Source of the DNA: an uncultured bacterium
GTDB lineage: Bacteria > Oederibacteriota > PGYV01 > Palsa-1178
DNA length: 64,000 nucleotides
NCBI GenBank assembly: GCA_937889595.1
Contig: CALAOR010000076.1
Span: 69,626-133,625, forward strand
Reading direction: 5' to 3'
Of the stretch, positions 50,807 through 61,137 are shown one piece after another (the stretch's first letter is position 1; each line of letters opens with the position of its first letter). The translations under genes and the position numbers were made by a program. Under the pieces are notes generated by a model. That model had not been told where the DNA came from, ran no database searches, and saw nothing but the letters and a program-made list of their open reading frames with translations.

Positions 50807-51802
50807 ATGAAAAAACATGTTCTATTCCTTATTGCTGCCGCATCACTGCTGTTGTCCTGCGCCACTGTAAAGCAACCCATCGACACACAATACTGGGAAT
50901 TTCATAAAATTGAGAAAATCATTCCTGAGGAACTTTACTCGTCTGACGAAGATGTAAAGGCAAAATCAGCCGCTGTGTTTGGCGGTTTGACTGACGAATC
51001 AAAAAGACAGGTAATGACATACCTTGCCTATACGCTGTCTGACGAAAAAGACCCCGTTGTACGGGCAAAAATATTCGCCGCTTTGACGGAATTTAACGCG
51101 GGCGCGTATGTGGTGGCGCCGCTTATAGAGTCAGCCAGGGCAAATAGTTCCGCCGTGATATTCAGGGAAGTCAAGGCTTTCACATCAAGGTTTAAGCCGT
51201 CCGAACTTGAACTGGCGCCGCTTGTAAAATTCCTGAAGGACCCCGACTGGAACGTAAAATTAACGGCCGCGAAAATAATAGGCTTGATGTCCCAAAAAGC
51301 CCGGACCGCCCTGCCTGAGATGTTTGACGCAATGCGCTCCGTCAATGACAATTCAGACAGATACGCCGAGATCTACAACGCGGCTTCCATGATAAACCCG
51401 AGGATCGCCATACTGCAGGTTATAGTCGACATGCACAGCAAGGATAAGAATATAAGCAGAAATTCCATAAATACGCTTTTTGAGCTTTATATGTTCTTAA
51501 ACAAGGACTCAAATACCGGGAGGGAGATTCTGCCGGCTTTGGTCAGGCTTATGTACAGCGAGGATGAAACCCTTTCAAAAACAAGCCATGAGATGATAGC
51601 GTCCATAGGCGATGAAGATTCTGTAAAAGCCGTGAAATCCTATATAGCCTTCAGCAAAATTGCCCTGAAAAGCATGGCAAATATGGCCGGCCAAAAACTG
51701 CAGGATAAGTTCAAACAGCAGGAAGATGATATTGTAGATGAGATCGCGGTGTATTATAAGATGATAGGCAGGGAAGACGCGTTAAACGGGGTAAAAAAGT
51801 AG
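50807..51802 (+). CDS. HEAT-repeat lipoprotein
   Basis: The ATG follows an AGGAGG ribosome-binding site, with lipobox LLSC and repeated DPxVRxxAxxAL HEAT units. Confidence 0.6.
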   Translation: MKKHVLFLIAAASLLLSCATVKQPIDTQYWEFHKIEKIIPEELYSSDEDVKAKSAAVFGGLTDESKRQVMTYLAYTLSDEKDPVVRAKIFAALTEFNAGAYVVAPLIESARANSSAVIFREVKAFTSRFKPSELELAPLVKFLKDPDWNVKLTAAKIIGLMSQKARTALPEMFDAMRSVNDNSDRYAEIYNAASMINPRIAILQVIVDMHSKDKNISRNSINTLFELYMFLNKDSNTGREILPALVRLMYSEDETLSKTSHEMIASIGDEDSVKAVKSYIAFSKIALKSMANMAGQKLQDKFKQQEDDIVDEIAVYYKMIGREDALNGVKK

Positions 51803-51803
51803 T

Positions 51804-51974
51804 ATGTCCGGAAAATTATTGATATTGCTGGCTGCTTTAAGCATGTTTTTTATCGGAGCCTGCGCGGCCGCTGAAAAACATAAGGAAAAGGACGGCCTGC
51901 ACGGCTATGGTTATCACGGGACGCTTAATAGCGGCGGACAATGCATGGACGGCAATATCGGCAACACAGCCTGA
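51804..51974 (+). CDS. unannotated 56-aa small lipoprotein
   Basis: FIGAC lipobox. The ORF abuts the upstream stop codon. Confidence 0.35.
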   Translation: MSGKLLILLAALSMFFIGACAAAEKHKEKDGLHGYGYHGTLNSGGQCMDGNIGNTA

Positions 51975-52168
51975 CGCAGCAGGCACATCTTCGGGAACTG
52001 CCGCACGGACGCCCAAGGCGGCGGACCCGGAAGGTAAAAATCTTTTTTTTCAGGAAGGAGGGATATAAGCCTTAAAAGCAGGGTAAAGAAGCGGGTATGC
52101 GCGAAGCGTTCCCGGACGGCATTTAATGTCCGGGGTAAATTAGAAATCAAAAAAAACCGAGGTGAAAA

Positions 52169-52453
52169 ATGAAAAAGACATCATTTGTGCTATTTATTGC
52201 GTTTTTACTGATACTGTCAGCAGCCTTATCCTATGCATCCCCGAGCCGCAATGTCAGCTCAAAAAGACACCCCAACATAGCCGCGGCACAGAAATTAGTC
52301 CGCCAGGCTTTTGAAAAAATAAAAATTGCCCAGGATAAGAATGAATTTGACATGGACGGACACGCGCAAAAAGCAAAGGAACTGCTCGATCAGGCCAATA
52401 ACGAATTAAAGCAGGCGGCTGAAGCGGCCAATGATCACCACGGCAAAAGATAA
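52169..52453 (+). CDS. small secreted helical protein, hypothetical
   Basis: Signal peptide and a ribosome-binding site (GAGGTGA). Confidence 0.45.
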   Translation: MKKTSFVLFIAFLLILSAALSYASPSRNVSSKRHPNIAAAQKLVRQAFEKIKIAQDKNEFDMDGHAQKAKELLDQANNELKQAAEAANDHHGKR

Positions 52454-52477
52454 ATATAAATAGCAGTCGGGACTTAA

Positions 52478-52520
52478 GTCCGGGCGGGATTACAGTGCAA
52501 TCCCGCCCGGTCTTTTTTAT
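52478..52520 (+). terminator. rho-independent terminator (12-bp GC stem)
   Basis: ccgggcgggatt-acagtgc-aatcccgcccgg followed by tctttttt. Confidence 0.85.
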
Positions 52521-52730
52521 AAAACAAAGCTCCATGCAGCGGCCGAATGTAATCCGGCCATCCGCCGGTTCTGCCGGATCACGGGCGGCGGAACGATATT
52601 CCGCCGCTACAAGTGCCGATATTATCCGCATAACAACCGGCCTTATTAAGCAAATTTAACTCTTGCCTGAAAGAACGGAAAGGGTTATTATTATAAATAG
52701 AAATAAGGTTAAAACCTGTCAGGAGCGCAT

Positions 52731-53780
52731 ATGAAAAAAATGATAATTTTGTTTATTGCTGTTTTAAGCGTTGTTTTATTTGCATCATGCACGGTTTATG
52801 TTGATAAACCGGATGTTTATACTTACTCCCAAAGCGCGCCTGATTTCTATGTTATGAGGATATATGACAACCGGTATGTCTTTTACAACGCTGACGAGCC
52901 CGTGGCAACCTGGATATTTAATGACGACGGGACCGTAATAAAGGAAGGCGTTGTCATAACCGGGCCTGTCAGGGTTTATTATGACTCCGGTGTCCTTTTT
53001 ACCGAAGCGTACTACAGGGGCGGCATACGCGAAGGCATATACAGGAATTATTATCCCGACGGAACACTGATGATGACGGGCAATTATAACGCGGGCTTCA
53101 GGAACGGCATGTGGACATCATACGTCTCAGGCGGCGGTGTGTACGGGTCTTTCGATTTCAGCGTGCGCGGCTCCCAGGCGCCGCAGGCATTCAACCCGCA
53201 GATGGACGACAGGGCGCGCGCAGGCGTGGATATGATGGCCGTGGAAGAACATTCCGCAGGCAGGCAGGTCATATCAAGGCAATTCAACAGGAACGACGCG
53301 GCCCCCAAGAATTTTGGAAAAACATTCGGCGCCCAGGCGCCGCAGTCTGGCAATAAAACAGCGCAGGGAATTCCCCCGCAAAATAAGAATAACGGCGTAC
53401 CGGTAAATCAGGGAAAAATCCAGCAGCCCCGGGCAAATACCGCGAATACGCCCGCAGTTAACACCCAGGCAGTTATAGCTCCATCCCAAAATGGCCAAAT
53501 GAAAGGGAGCAAAGCGGCAGGACAGAATAAAAAAGGAAAACCCGGAGCAATAAATCCTGCTAACATGCAAATGCCCGGGCAAAACGCGGTGAATGCGGCA
53601 GCGGCCAATAAACCGGCAAATAAACAGCCAGGCAAAAAGGGCGCGATGAAAAAGCAAGGCGCGCCAAAACAGGGAATTAAGAATAATCCGGGGCCAAAAC
53701 CGGTTACAGATGATAAAAAGGCAACCCCCGACATTAAAAAAAATCCGGATAAAGAAAACAGGAACCAGACCGCCCAATAA
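52731..53780 (+). CDS. lipoprotein with MORN/YwqK-like repeats and a Q/N/P/A/K-rich disordered C-terminus
   Basis: Lipobox FASC, followed by repeats YYDSGVLFTEAYYRGGIREGIYRNYYPDGTL. Confidence 0.55.
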   Translation: MKKMIILFIAVLSVVLFASCTVYVDKPDVYTYSQSAPDFYVMRIYDNRYVFYNADEPVATWIFNDDGTVIKEGVVITGPVRVYYDSGVLFTEAYYRGGIREGIYRNYYPDGTLMMTGNYNAGFRNGMWTSYVSGGGVYGSFDFSVRGSQAPQAFNPQMDDRARAGVDMMAVEEHSAGRQVISRQFNRNDAAPKNFGKTFGAQAPQSGNKTAQGIPPQNKNNGVPVNQGKIQQPRANTANTPAVNTQAVIAPSQNGQMKGSKAAGQNKKGKPGAINPANMQMPGQNAVNAAAANKPANKQPGKKGAMKKQGAPKQGIKNNPGPKPVTDDKKATPDIKKNPDKENRNQTAQ

Positions 53781-53813
53781 AATCCCGGGCAAAGTTTTGC
53801 TCCTGTCTTGCTA

Positions 53814-53850
53814 AAAATCACCGGGCCATGAAGGCCCGGTGATTTTGTGA
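53814..53850 (+). terminator. rho-independent terminator
   Basis: atcaccgggcc-atga-aggcccggtgat followed by TTTT. Confidence 0.8.
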
Positions 53851-53871
53851 AATAATGATTTGAACCCAACC

Positions 53872-53932
53872 TGCAAAAAAAACACTCTGCAAAAAAAACA
53901 CTCTTGACAAATCCCAGGATTTTTAATATCAT
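53872..53932 (+). promoter_or_regulatory. flp promoter region: 16-bp tandem direct repeat (TGCAAAAAAAACACTC x2) abutting TTGACA, 17-nt spacer, TATCAT
   Basis: Read directly from the sequence. It precedes a ~155-nt structured 5' UTR. Confidence 0.55.
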
Positions 53933-54088
53933 ACGTCCGTAAAATATAGAGGGCAATTACGGGCTAATCATTTATTCCGGCAGCATGTTATTTTTATGCG
54001 TATTTTTGCATAATTAGCCGTTTTTTTATCCGCATGTTCATTTCATGCGGGCGGCGCCCGGAAACTTAAATAAAACAGGCGGGTACTT

Positions 54089-54253
54089 ATGAAAAAACTG
54101 TCAGGCAGCCGCAGGGGCCAGGCGCTTACCGAATATGTACTCATCCTCTGTCTTGTTGCCATAACCTGTATTGCGGGCATAAGGATATTTTCAAGAGTTA
54201 TCTGCGGATATTACTCGAATATAACCGCAGTCTATACTGTTCCAATACCTTAA
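54089..54253 (+). CDS. flp: Flp/Fap-family type IVb pilin (54 aa), unannotated
   Basis: The product is MKKLSGSRRGQALTEYVLILCLVAI.... The G/xxxxEY prepilin processing motif is followed by a hydrophobic helix. Confidence 0.8.
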   Translation: MKKLSGSRRGQALTEYVLILCLVAITCIAGIRIFSRVICGYYSNITAVYTVPIP

Positions 54254-54266
54254 AAGGAGGGGTTAC

Positions 54267-54437
54267 ATGAAAAAGTTGTTGAAGGGAAAGAAAGGGCAGG
54301 GCATGACCGAGTACATACTCATCATAGCGCTGATCGCCATCCTTGTTTTAGGCGCTGTAAAAATGTTCGGAGGCAAGGTAAAGGCGGGTTTTAACAAGGC
54401 GTCGGATAAAGTGGGAGAAGTAAATGACGGCATGTAG
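54267..54437 (+). CDS. flp: Flp-family type IVb pilin, second paralog (56 aa), unannotated
   Basis: The product is MKKLLKGKKGQGMTEYILIIALIAI.... A GGAGGGG ribosome-binding site precedes it. Confidence 0.8.
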   Translation: MKKLLKGKKGQGMTEYILIIALIAILVLGAVKMFGGKVKAGFNKASDKVGEVNDGM

Positions 54438-54537
54438 GGCCATATAAAAGAGATACCTTTCCCCGCGGAGCGGCCTGTCCCCTTATACACACCCATAACA
54501 CGGCCGCTCCGCATCCATTTAAAAAAAAGGCGGCAAT

Positions 54538-55089
54538 GTGAGAAAATTAAGCTCGCAAAAAGGGCAGAGCGCGGCGGAGTTTGCGGTAATACTGCCGGTT
54601 TTTATCATTACATCGCTCGGGCTGATACAGCTCGGGCTTATCTACATAAATGCAATGATGCTCAAATACACGGCATACATGACCGCGCGCGTGGCATCGG
54701 TATATGCGGAAGGGGAAATAAGGAATAATACCGCACAAAAGGCCCAGATTATAATGCGGATAATTCAGGCAACAGCGGACAAGTATGACAGTAACTTGTT
54801 TTCCAATGCCCTGGACGGGCTATTGGATACGGCCAAAGACGCTGCGGCTTCTTATATTCAGGGAGATGAACTAACTATTGAAAAGGAGGAATTTGAAAAG
54901 GCAAAAGGGGACTACATAAAGGTCACCGTCACCTATAATATGCCGCTGAAAATCCCTTTTGTTAATAAAATATTCGGGATGTTCCAGAATAAAAATGATT
55001 TGGATATATTAAACGCGAGGACAGCCGCGGCATATATGGGGCTGCCGTATTACACGCTGAGATCATCGTCGATAATGAGGGTGCAATGA
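54538..55089 (+). CDS. tadE: TadE-like pseudopilin
   Basis: GQSAAEFAVILPVFIITSLGLIQLG is the TadE N-terminal motif. Confidence 0.75.
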   Translation: MRKLSSQKGQSAAEFAVILPVFIITSLGLIQLGLIYINAMMLKYTAYMTARVASVYAEGEIRNNTAQKAQIIMRIIQATADKYDSNLFSNALDGLLDTAKDAAASYIQGDELTIEKEEFEKAKGDYIKVTVTYNMPLKIPFVNKIFGMFQNKNDLDILNARTAAAYMGLPYYTLRSSSIMRVQ

Positions 55090-56201
55090 GAAGGCTGATA
55101 AAAGGTAAAAAGGGGCAGGTGCTGGTTATATCAATAGCGGTAATTTTCATAATTTTCATTTTTGTCATTGCTGCGGTTGAAATAGGGAACCTGATGTATG
55201 AAAAAACCCATATTCAGAACATAGCGGATTCCGGCGCCATGGAAGGCGGGATGTGGTACGCGCGCGGCATGAACATACTCTCTCTGTCAAATAAGGTGCT
55301 TGCGATAACAGGCGTCGCGGGTTTAATAGCGGCCTTAACAGGGGTTGGAGAAGCGGGAATCGATGCTATTAAGTTTGTGCAGAAGGCGCAGGATTTGATA
55401 GCGGGAACAGGGGACATGGAAAAAAGCGGGATAAAACCCATGCCGTTATTATGCGCCGCCGCAGTTGTTTTGAATGGCTCCGATAACAAGGTCTTTTCAC
55501 TGCCGCTATGCAACCTGGCGGATTTTGACCGGGGCAAATGGCTGCCTTCTTTTAATGTAAAAAGACGGTATGTAAGCGACATTGCGGACTCACAAAACGA
55601 AAGCAACGATGAAAATGGAAACAGCAGCGACAGCAATAATGATATATACTATTATACGAACGGAAAGACCGGTGAAAAAGTGTACGTGGATAAAAACAGC
55701 GTGCAATATAATCCCAATATTAAAAATAGGGCCGGCTGGAAAGACCAGATAATGACAAAAAATGACCCCATACACGGGACAAAGTTCCTAAAAAGGGAAC
55801 CGGGGGATGAAAAAGGCTTTGTCCCCCTCGACATAGTTGAAAGCTCAAGGGAACATTCCATGCTTGTGGTTTCTATAAAAGGCGGCGACCGGTTAAATCC
55901 TGTTACAGGCGCGAAGTTCTTTAAAAATAAAAACGGGGAACAGATTAAACCGGCTTTTTTGGCGGGTTTTTCTTTTGTGCGCATATCCGGGGGAAAACTT
56001 GGAATATTTGAACTGGACGGGGCAAATTACGAGCCAAAACTGGAACACATAGAATTCCCAAAGATCGGAGATACACAGGGTCTTACGGATTCCATAGGCC
56101 GGGCCGCGGAACAGGCGCAAAGCAGCGGGAATATCGGCAAAATGGGGGAATATTTGAACAGCTCGATTGACATACTGAACAGCGGAATATTGCTGCATTG
56201 A
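55086..56201 (+). CDS. tadG: TadG-like pilus assembly protein
   Basis: An N-terminal pseudopilin-like helix (GQVLVISIAVIFIIFIFVIAAVEIG) plus a large extracellular domain. Confidence 0.6.
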   Translation: MRRLIKGKKGQVLVISIAVIFIIFIFVIAAVEIGNLMYEKTHIQNIADSGAMEGGMWYARGMNILSLSNKVLAITGVAGLIAALTGVGEAGIDAIKFVQKAQDLIAGTGDMEKSGIKPMPLLCAAAVVLNGSDNKVFSLPLCNLADFDRGKWLPSFNVKRRYVSDIADSQNESNDENGNSSDSNNDIYYYTNGKTGEKVYVDKNSVQYNPNIKNRAGWKDQIMTKNDPIHGTKFLKREPGDEKGFVPLDIVESSREHSMLVVSIKGGDRLNPVTGAKFFKNKNGEQIKPAFLAGFSFVRISGGKLGIFELDGANYEPKLEHIEFPKIGDTQGLTDSIGRAAEQAQSSGNIGKMGEYLNSSIDILNSGILLH

Positions 56202-56208
56202 GGATGAA

Positions 56209-56712
56209 ATGAAAATAATAAAAGATAACCGGGCGCAGGCAATGACGGAATTTGTGATAATGTTGCCCATATTCATCCTTCTGCTGGCCGGGTTATGCCA
56301 GATGTCCATCCTCATGATAAGGCGCATAGAGCTTGCCATGGTGGAGCGCGAGGTCATGCGGTATCTCACCGCGGACGCTGAAGAAAAAGACAGGGACAAA
56401 ACTGAGGAGTTTATAAAGGAATACGCGGGCAAGATAGGCTTGGATCGGGAGAAAATAACTTACGAGCCCCATGCCAGGCTGGGCGGCACGGATAAAGGAA
56501 TGGACAAGATGGGCCTGCTTGAGAATGTGTCGGGCATAACCATTGATCTTTCATATGACGAAAAACTGACAAGGCTGTTCGCGGTCATAATGAATAAAGA
56601 TACATTAACCTTAAAAACAACGTTGTCTACCGCGGCAGGCTCATGCCTGAAGTTTAAGATAGCGGAAAAAGCCAAGGAAGTATGGGGCAACGTAACAAAT
56701 GGCGGCATATAA
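56209..56712 (+). CDS. TadE/TadF-like pseudopilin
   Basis: AQAMTEFVIMLPIFILLLAGL motif. Confidence 0.7.
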   Translation: MKIIKDNRAQAMTEFVIMLPIFILLLAGLCQMSILMIRRIELAMVEREVMRYLTADAEEKDRDKTEEFIKEYAGKIGLDREKITYEPHARLGGTDKGMDKMGLLENVSGITIDLSYDEKLTRLFAVIMNKDTLTLKTTLSTAAGSCLKFKIAEKAKEVWGNVTNGGI

Positions 56713-57503
56713 TGGGTTCAATAAATATTCACAGTAGAGCGGCTGCTCGCTGCCGCTCACCAAAGGCTCTATTATTCGCGGCGGTCTTTGTTATTTTGTC
56801 CGTGTTCTCAAACGGCGCCGTATTTGATCTAAAAAGTGTTTCATCAGGTTTATTCGCGCCTGACATGACAGCCGCAAAGCAGGGAATATTATCAGCCAGG
56901 ATAAACGGGGAACCTGTAAAGATAGAGTCATATACAACGGGAAAAAGCGCCGATGAGATCATGCGGTATTATGCCGATGACGCGCAGAAACACGGTTATG
57001 AACTTATAAATGGAAAAGAATTGGCGCGTCTGGGCGCCTTCCTGATAAACATGGGCATGGCTGAAAGCCCGGACAACTGGTACTACCTGTGTTACAAACT
57101 GCCCGGCGGAGATATGTCCATAATAACGGCCGGTGAGTTCGGCCGTAATACTAGAATTGTAACCGCAAAAGCAGGCAAAACAAACGGGGTCCATAGTAAG
57201 CCGGGCTTTGATGACCGTATAAGGCATTATCCCGGCCTTGAAAAAGTCCTGAGCATTGAAATTTTATCGGGGAATAACGTTATTGGTTTCGCTAATTTTT
57301 ACAAAAATGAGGGCGCGGACATGTATTCCATGAAAGCATATTACGAGGATTATCTGCCGAAAAACAAGTGGACAATACAAAGGCAGTATACGGCCGCGGA
57401 TACGGACATGTTCCTGATAGAAAAGAAAGGCAGGGGATATATGCTGAATATTTATCCATCGGACAATAATGAAAAATGGGTAATGGTGATGGGACAGCGA
57501 TAG
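56711..57503 (+). CDS. hypothetical secreted protein in the tad cluster
   Basis: Signal peptide. No homology was recognised. Confidence 0.45.
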
Positions 57504-57694
57504 TTTGGCGGGAATTTAATTCCGGCAAATCCATTGACTTCAGCCGGTGGAGGGGCGTGGTTCTTGTAGGTCACCAACAGGACTCCCTCTCCCTTTATGG
57601 GAGAGGGTCAGGGAGAGGGTGAAGTAGCGGCAGGCCAGCCCGCCGGGTCACCCGCACGCAGGTTTTTGATAACGTATATATAAACGGAGGCACT

Positions 57695-58504
57695 ATGAAC
57701 AAACTGTTTGAAAAGTTTAAAACCATGAAAATGGAAAACAGGCTCTTATTGCTGGCGCTTGTATGCGGGCTTCTGGCTGCAATTACGGGTTATGCTTTTA
57801 TCACCCTAAAAGAAGCGGCTCTGATGAAATCCATGGAACCTGTTAAGGTCCTCGTGGCGGCGAAGTACATAACGCCGAAAACCCAGATCAATGAGGATAT
57901 GGTCAGGGAGGCGCAGATACCGGCAAAATTTGTCACCTCCGCGCATGTAAAGGATTTTAAAAAATTAAAGGGCCGTATGACCATGGTACCCTTCATAGAA
58001 GGCGAGCCCATACTTTTGAACAAGGTAAGCGAAAAAGCCGGCGAATTATCAGCCGCGGTTCCCACGGGCCTGCGGGCCGTTGCCGTCAGCGTGGATGAGG
58101 AATCAAGCGTTGGTTACATGATCAAACCGGGCGACAATGTCGACGCGTTTTTGACATACGCGCAGGGCGAGGGAAAATTGGTGCATAATGTCACGGCAAT
58201 CTTCCTGCAATCGGCCCAGGTTGTGGCCGTAGGCACGGAATTCGCGGGCAGCGACGCGGCGAAAAAATACAATACCATAACGCTCGCAATAACCCCCGAG
58301 GAAGCGGAACTTCTGGTCTTTGCCGGCTCCCGCGGCAGGATATCTTTTGCCTTAAGGCCGATGGGCGAGACGATAAAAGAAAAAATAAAAGTAACGGCAT
58401 TTGACGACCTGTTAAGGCAGATAAAAACAAATGAAAAAGCAGGTGAAGATGCCGTAAGGACACCGGATAAACCCGCGGATAGCGTGGAGAAAAGGGCGGA
58501 ATAA
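57695..58504 (+). CDS. cpaB: Flp pilus assembly protein CpaB/RcpC
   Basis: N-terminal transmembrane anchor plus SAF and RcpC beta-domains. Confidence 0.7.
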   Translation: MNKLFEKFKTMKMENRLLLLALVCGLLAAITGYAFITLKEAALMKSMEPVKVLVAAKYITPKTQINEDMVREAQIPAKFVTSAHVKDFKKLKGRMTMVPFIEGEPILLNKVSEKAGELSAAVPTGLRAVAVSVDEESSVGYMIKPGDNVDAFLTYAQGEGKLVHNVTAIFLQSAQVVAVGTEFAGSDAAKKYNTITLAITPEEAELLVFAGSRGRISFALRPMGETIKEKIKVTAFDDLLRQIKTNEKAGEDAVRTPDKPADSVEKRAE

Positions 58505-58643
58505 GGATAAAATTAATATTAAGTTTTAATTCACGCCTAAATCCTACGAAAATGCTTGACATTTGTTTTTTTTTGTATAAGATAATAAAATATTTTGTTA
58601 TAGTGTGTTGTTCATTTAATTAAATAAAACCAAAGGCTAAAAT

Positions 58644-59615
58644 ATGCTTGAAGACAAGGCGATACAGAGCAGGGTAAATGCCATAAACAGGCAGATCGCC
58701 CTGATACATGACACTAAAAGCAAAAGTATCCGGAGTATTTTTAAAAATATACCGCTGACCTCAGGCAAGAGGTTGCGCGGGCTGCTTGTTCTTCTTACTG
58801 CCGAGGCCTGCGGGGCTCGGGTCAATACGGGGCTCTTAAATATTGCGGCTTCCCTGGAAATACTTCACCACGCCACATTGATACATGACGATATTGTGGA
58901 CGGCGCCGGGCATAGGCGCGGAAATACGGCTCTTAATAAGAAGATCGGCGAGACGCTGTCGGTTTTGACCGGGGACTATCTTTTTTCGGGCGCTATGGAG
59001 GCCATGCTGAAGAACAGGGACTTTGGACTGCTCGGTATGTTTGCCGGGGCCGTCAAGGATGTTTGCGAAGGCGAGATAGAAGAAGTCTTTTATAAACATA
59101 ACGCGGGGATTTCATCGCATGAATGCCTGGAAATAATAAGGAAGAAAACAGCCTCGCTTATCAAGGCAAGCGTTAAATCAGGGGCCCATGCGGCCGGATG
59201 CCCGGGCAGCGACTTAAAACACCTTGAAGTTTACGGCGAGCACTTAGGCATGGCTTTTCAGATAAAAGATGATTTACTTGACATTACGTCAAAAACAAGT
59301 AAAATAGGAAAATCCGCGGGAACGGACATCCGCGAAGGAAAAGCCACGCTGCCTCTCATACTTGCCATGAAATGCGCGCCAAAGAATGAATGCAGCCGGA
59401 TTAAGAAACTCTTTGAGAAAAACACGGACGGGAAAAACACGAAAAAGATAATTGATTTTATTTTCAAATACGACGGCACAGAGCTTGCCGGGCTTATGGC
59501 CCTGAGTTATTCAGGCGATGCGAAAGCCGCGCTGGATAAAACGAAACTTAAGAACGCGGTTGTAAAGGAAGTTTTAAGCGACCTGGCGGATTATGTCATA
59601 GAGCGGGAGTATTAA
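58644..59615 (+). CDS. polyprenyl diphosphate synthase (IspB-like trans-prenyltransferase)
   Basis: First aspartate-rich motif LIHDDIVD and second FQIKDDLLD. Confidence 0.8.
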   Translation: MLEDKAIQSRVNAINRQIALIHDTKSKSIRSIFKNIPLTSGKRLRGLLVLLTAEACGARVNTGLLNIAASLEILHHATLIHDDIVDGAGHRRGNTALNKKIGETLSVLTGDYLFSGAMEAMLKNRDFGLLGMFAGAVKDVCEGEIEEVFYKHNAGISSHECLEIIRKKTASLIKASVKSGAHAAGCPGSDLKHLEVYGEHLGMAFQIKDDLLDITSKTSKIGKSAGTDIREGKATLPLILAMKCAPKNECSRIKKLFEKNTDGKNTKKIIDFIFKYDGTELAGLMALSYSGDAKAALDKTKLKNAVVKEVLSDLADYVIEREY

Positions 59616-59650
59616 AGCCCGCTTGTAATGAAAATACACCTGGAGGAACG

Positions 59651-60004
59651 ATGGCTTACGGGACATTTTTAGTATTTGTGGGATTTGCCTTTGTGTTTGT
59701 CATAGGCGGTGTGGTGGTTAACTACCTCCTCATGCCTTATAAACCAAGCAAGGGGAAATATACCACATACGAATGCGGCATAGACCCTATCGGCAGTGCG
59801 CAGATACGCTACTCCATGAGGTTTTATGTTTTTGCGCTTATGTACGTGGTATTTGCGGTTGAGGCCGTGTTCCTGCTTCCCTGGGCGGTTGTATATAAAA
59901 GAATGTCAGGGCTTATGCCTTTGATCGAGGTTCTTATATTCATATTTATACTCGTTTTAGGGCTGGCTTTCGCGTGGAAGAAAGGGGAGCTCAAATGGGA
60001 TTAA
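59651..60004 (+). CDS. nuoA: NADH-quinone oxidoreductase subunit A
   Basis: Three transmembrane helices and the YECGIDP motif. Confidence 0.9.
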   Translation: MAYGTFLVFVGFAFVFVIGGVVVNYLLMPYKPSKGKYTTYECGIDPIGSAQIRYSMRFYVFALMYVVFAVEAVFLLPWAVVYKRMSGLMPLIEVLIFIFILVLGLAFAWKKGELKWD

Positions 60005-60513
60005 TGAACGGTGTTGATGAAGCCCTCATAAAAAAAATACCCGGCCTTCCTCTGGTCATGACGACCGCGGAGTGGGCGATCAATGCGGGGCGCTCCAATT
60101 CGATCTGGACCCTGACTTTCGGCCTGCGCTGCTGCGCCATGGAAATGATGGCAACGGGCGCGCCAAAATACGACTGGGCCAGGTTCGGGCTTGAAGTGCC
60201 TTCCGCCTCGCCGAGAAGGGCAGACATGATGATAGTAGCAGGTACTGTGACGAAAAAAATGGAGCCGGTCATAATAAGGTTATATGAGCAGATGGCGGAA
60301 CCAAAGTATGTCATAGCCATGGGCGCCTGCGCCATATCTGGCGGGCCTTTCATATATGATTCGTATTCGGTCATAAAGGGCGCTGACAAGATAATCCCAG
60401 TGGACATATACATCCCGGGCTGCCCGCCGCGCCCCGAAGCATTGCTTGACGGCATTATAAAACTCCAGAAAAAGATCATGAAACAGAAGTTTAGGATTGT
60501 AAAATCGGCATAA
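59995..60513 (+). CDS. nuoB: NADH-quinone oxidoreductase subunit B
   Basis: CCAMEMM...GxCxxxGG...PGCPP N2-cluster motifs. The start overlaps the nuoA stop. Confidence 0.9.
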   Translation: MGLMNGVDEALIKKIPGLPLVMTTAEWAINAGRSNSIWTLTFGLRCCAMEMMATGAPKYDWARFGLEVPSASPRRADMMIVAGTVTKKMEPVIIRLYEQMAEPKYVIAMGACAISGGPFIYDSYSVIKGADKIIPVDIYIPGCPPRPEALLDGIIKLQKKIMKQKFRIVKSA

Positions 60514-60537
60514 GATAACCTGAGCCGATAAAGCCGG

Positions 60538-60581
60538 CATAAGATAATCTAACACAGCACAAAACGCTGTGTAAGATTATC
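60538..60581 (+). other. intra-operon stem-loop (17-bp stem with 1 mismatch) between nuoB and nuoC
   Basis: agataatctaacacagc-acaaaac-gctgtgtaagattatct, immediately followed by an AAGGAG ribosome-binding site. Confidence 0.6.
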
Positions 60582-60593
60582 TAAGGAGTATAA

Positions 60594-61052
60594 ATGAATT
60601 TTACGGAAATTTTGGATAAATTAAAAGCAGGGCACGAAGTGCTTGAATCGAAAGAAGATCTGGGAGTGCTTAATGCCTGGGTTGCGCCAAAGAAGATCAG
60701 GGATGTTATCGGGTTCCTGAAAGACGATATGCATTTTAATCAGCTCAGTTTTGTTACGGCCGTTGACCTGCCGATAACCAATAATATCGAAGTTGTTTAC
60801 AGGCTGTTCTCATATGAAACAAAAGATAACGTGGTAATAAAAGTTAAGCTTGACAGGGTAAAACCCGAGATAGAGACCATAACCGGCATATTTGCAACTG
60901 CCAACTGGCACGAACGGGAAACCGCCGAGATGTTCGGCATGAAGTTCATAAACCATCCGGACCCGAACAAGCTGCTCCTGCCGGACGGTATTGAAGCGCC
61001 GCTGCGCAAGGATTTTACATGCGCGGACATGGTGCCGCTGCCAAAGGCATAA
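60594..61052 (+). CDS. nuoC: NADH-quinone oxidoreductase subunit C (30 kDa)
   Basis: NuoC family, with the ERE...FG motif present. Confidence 0.85.
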   Translation: MNFTEILDKLKAGHEVLESKEDLGVLNAWVAPKKIRDVIGFLKDDMHFNQLSFVTAVDLPITNNIEVVYRLFSYETKDNVVIKVKLDRVKPEIETITGIFATANWHERETAEMFGMKFINHPDPNKLLLPDGIEAPLRKDFTCADMVPLPKA

Positions 61053-61137
61053 TTTTTTGAACTATTGATTGCGTAGGGGCGCCTCGCTGGGGCGCCCGCC
61101 GTGGTTGTAGAATCAAAATAAGGCCGCAGTAGTTTTA

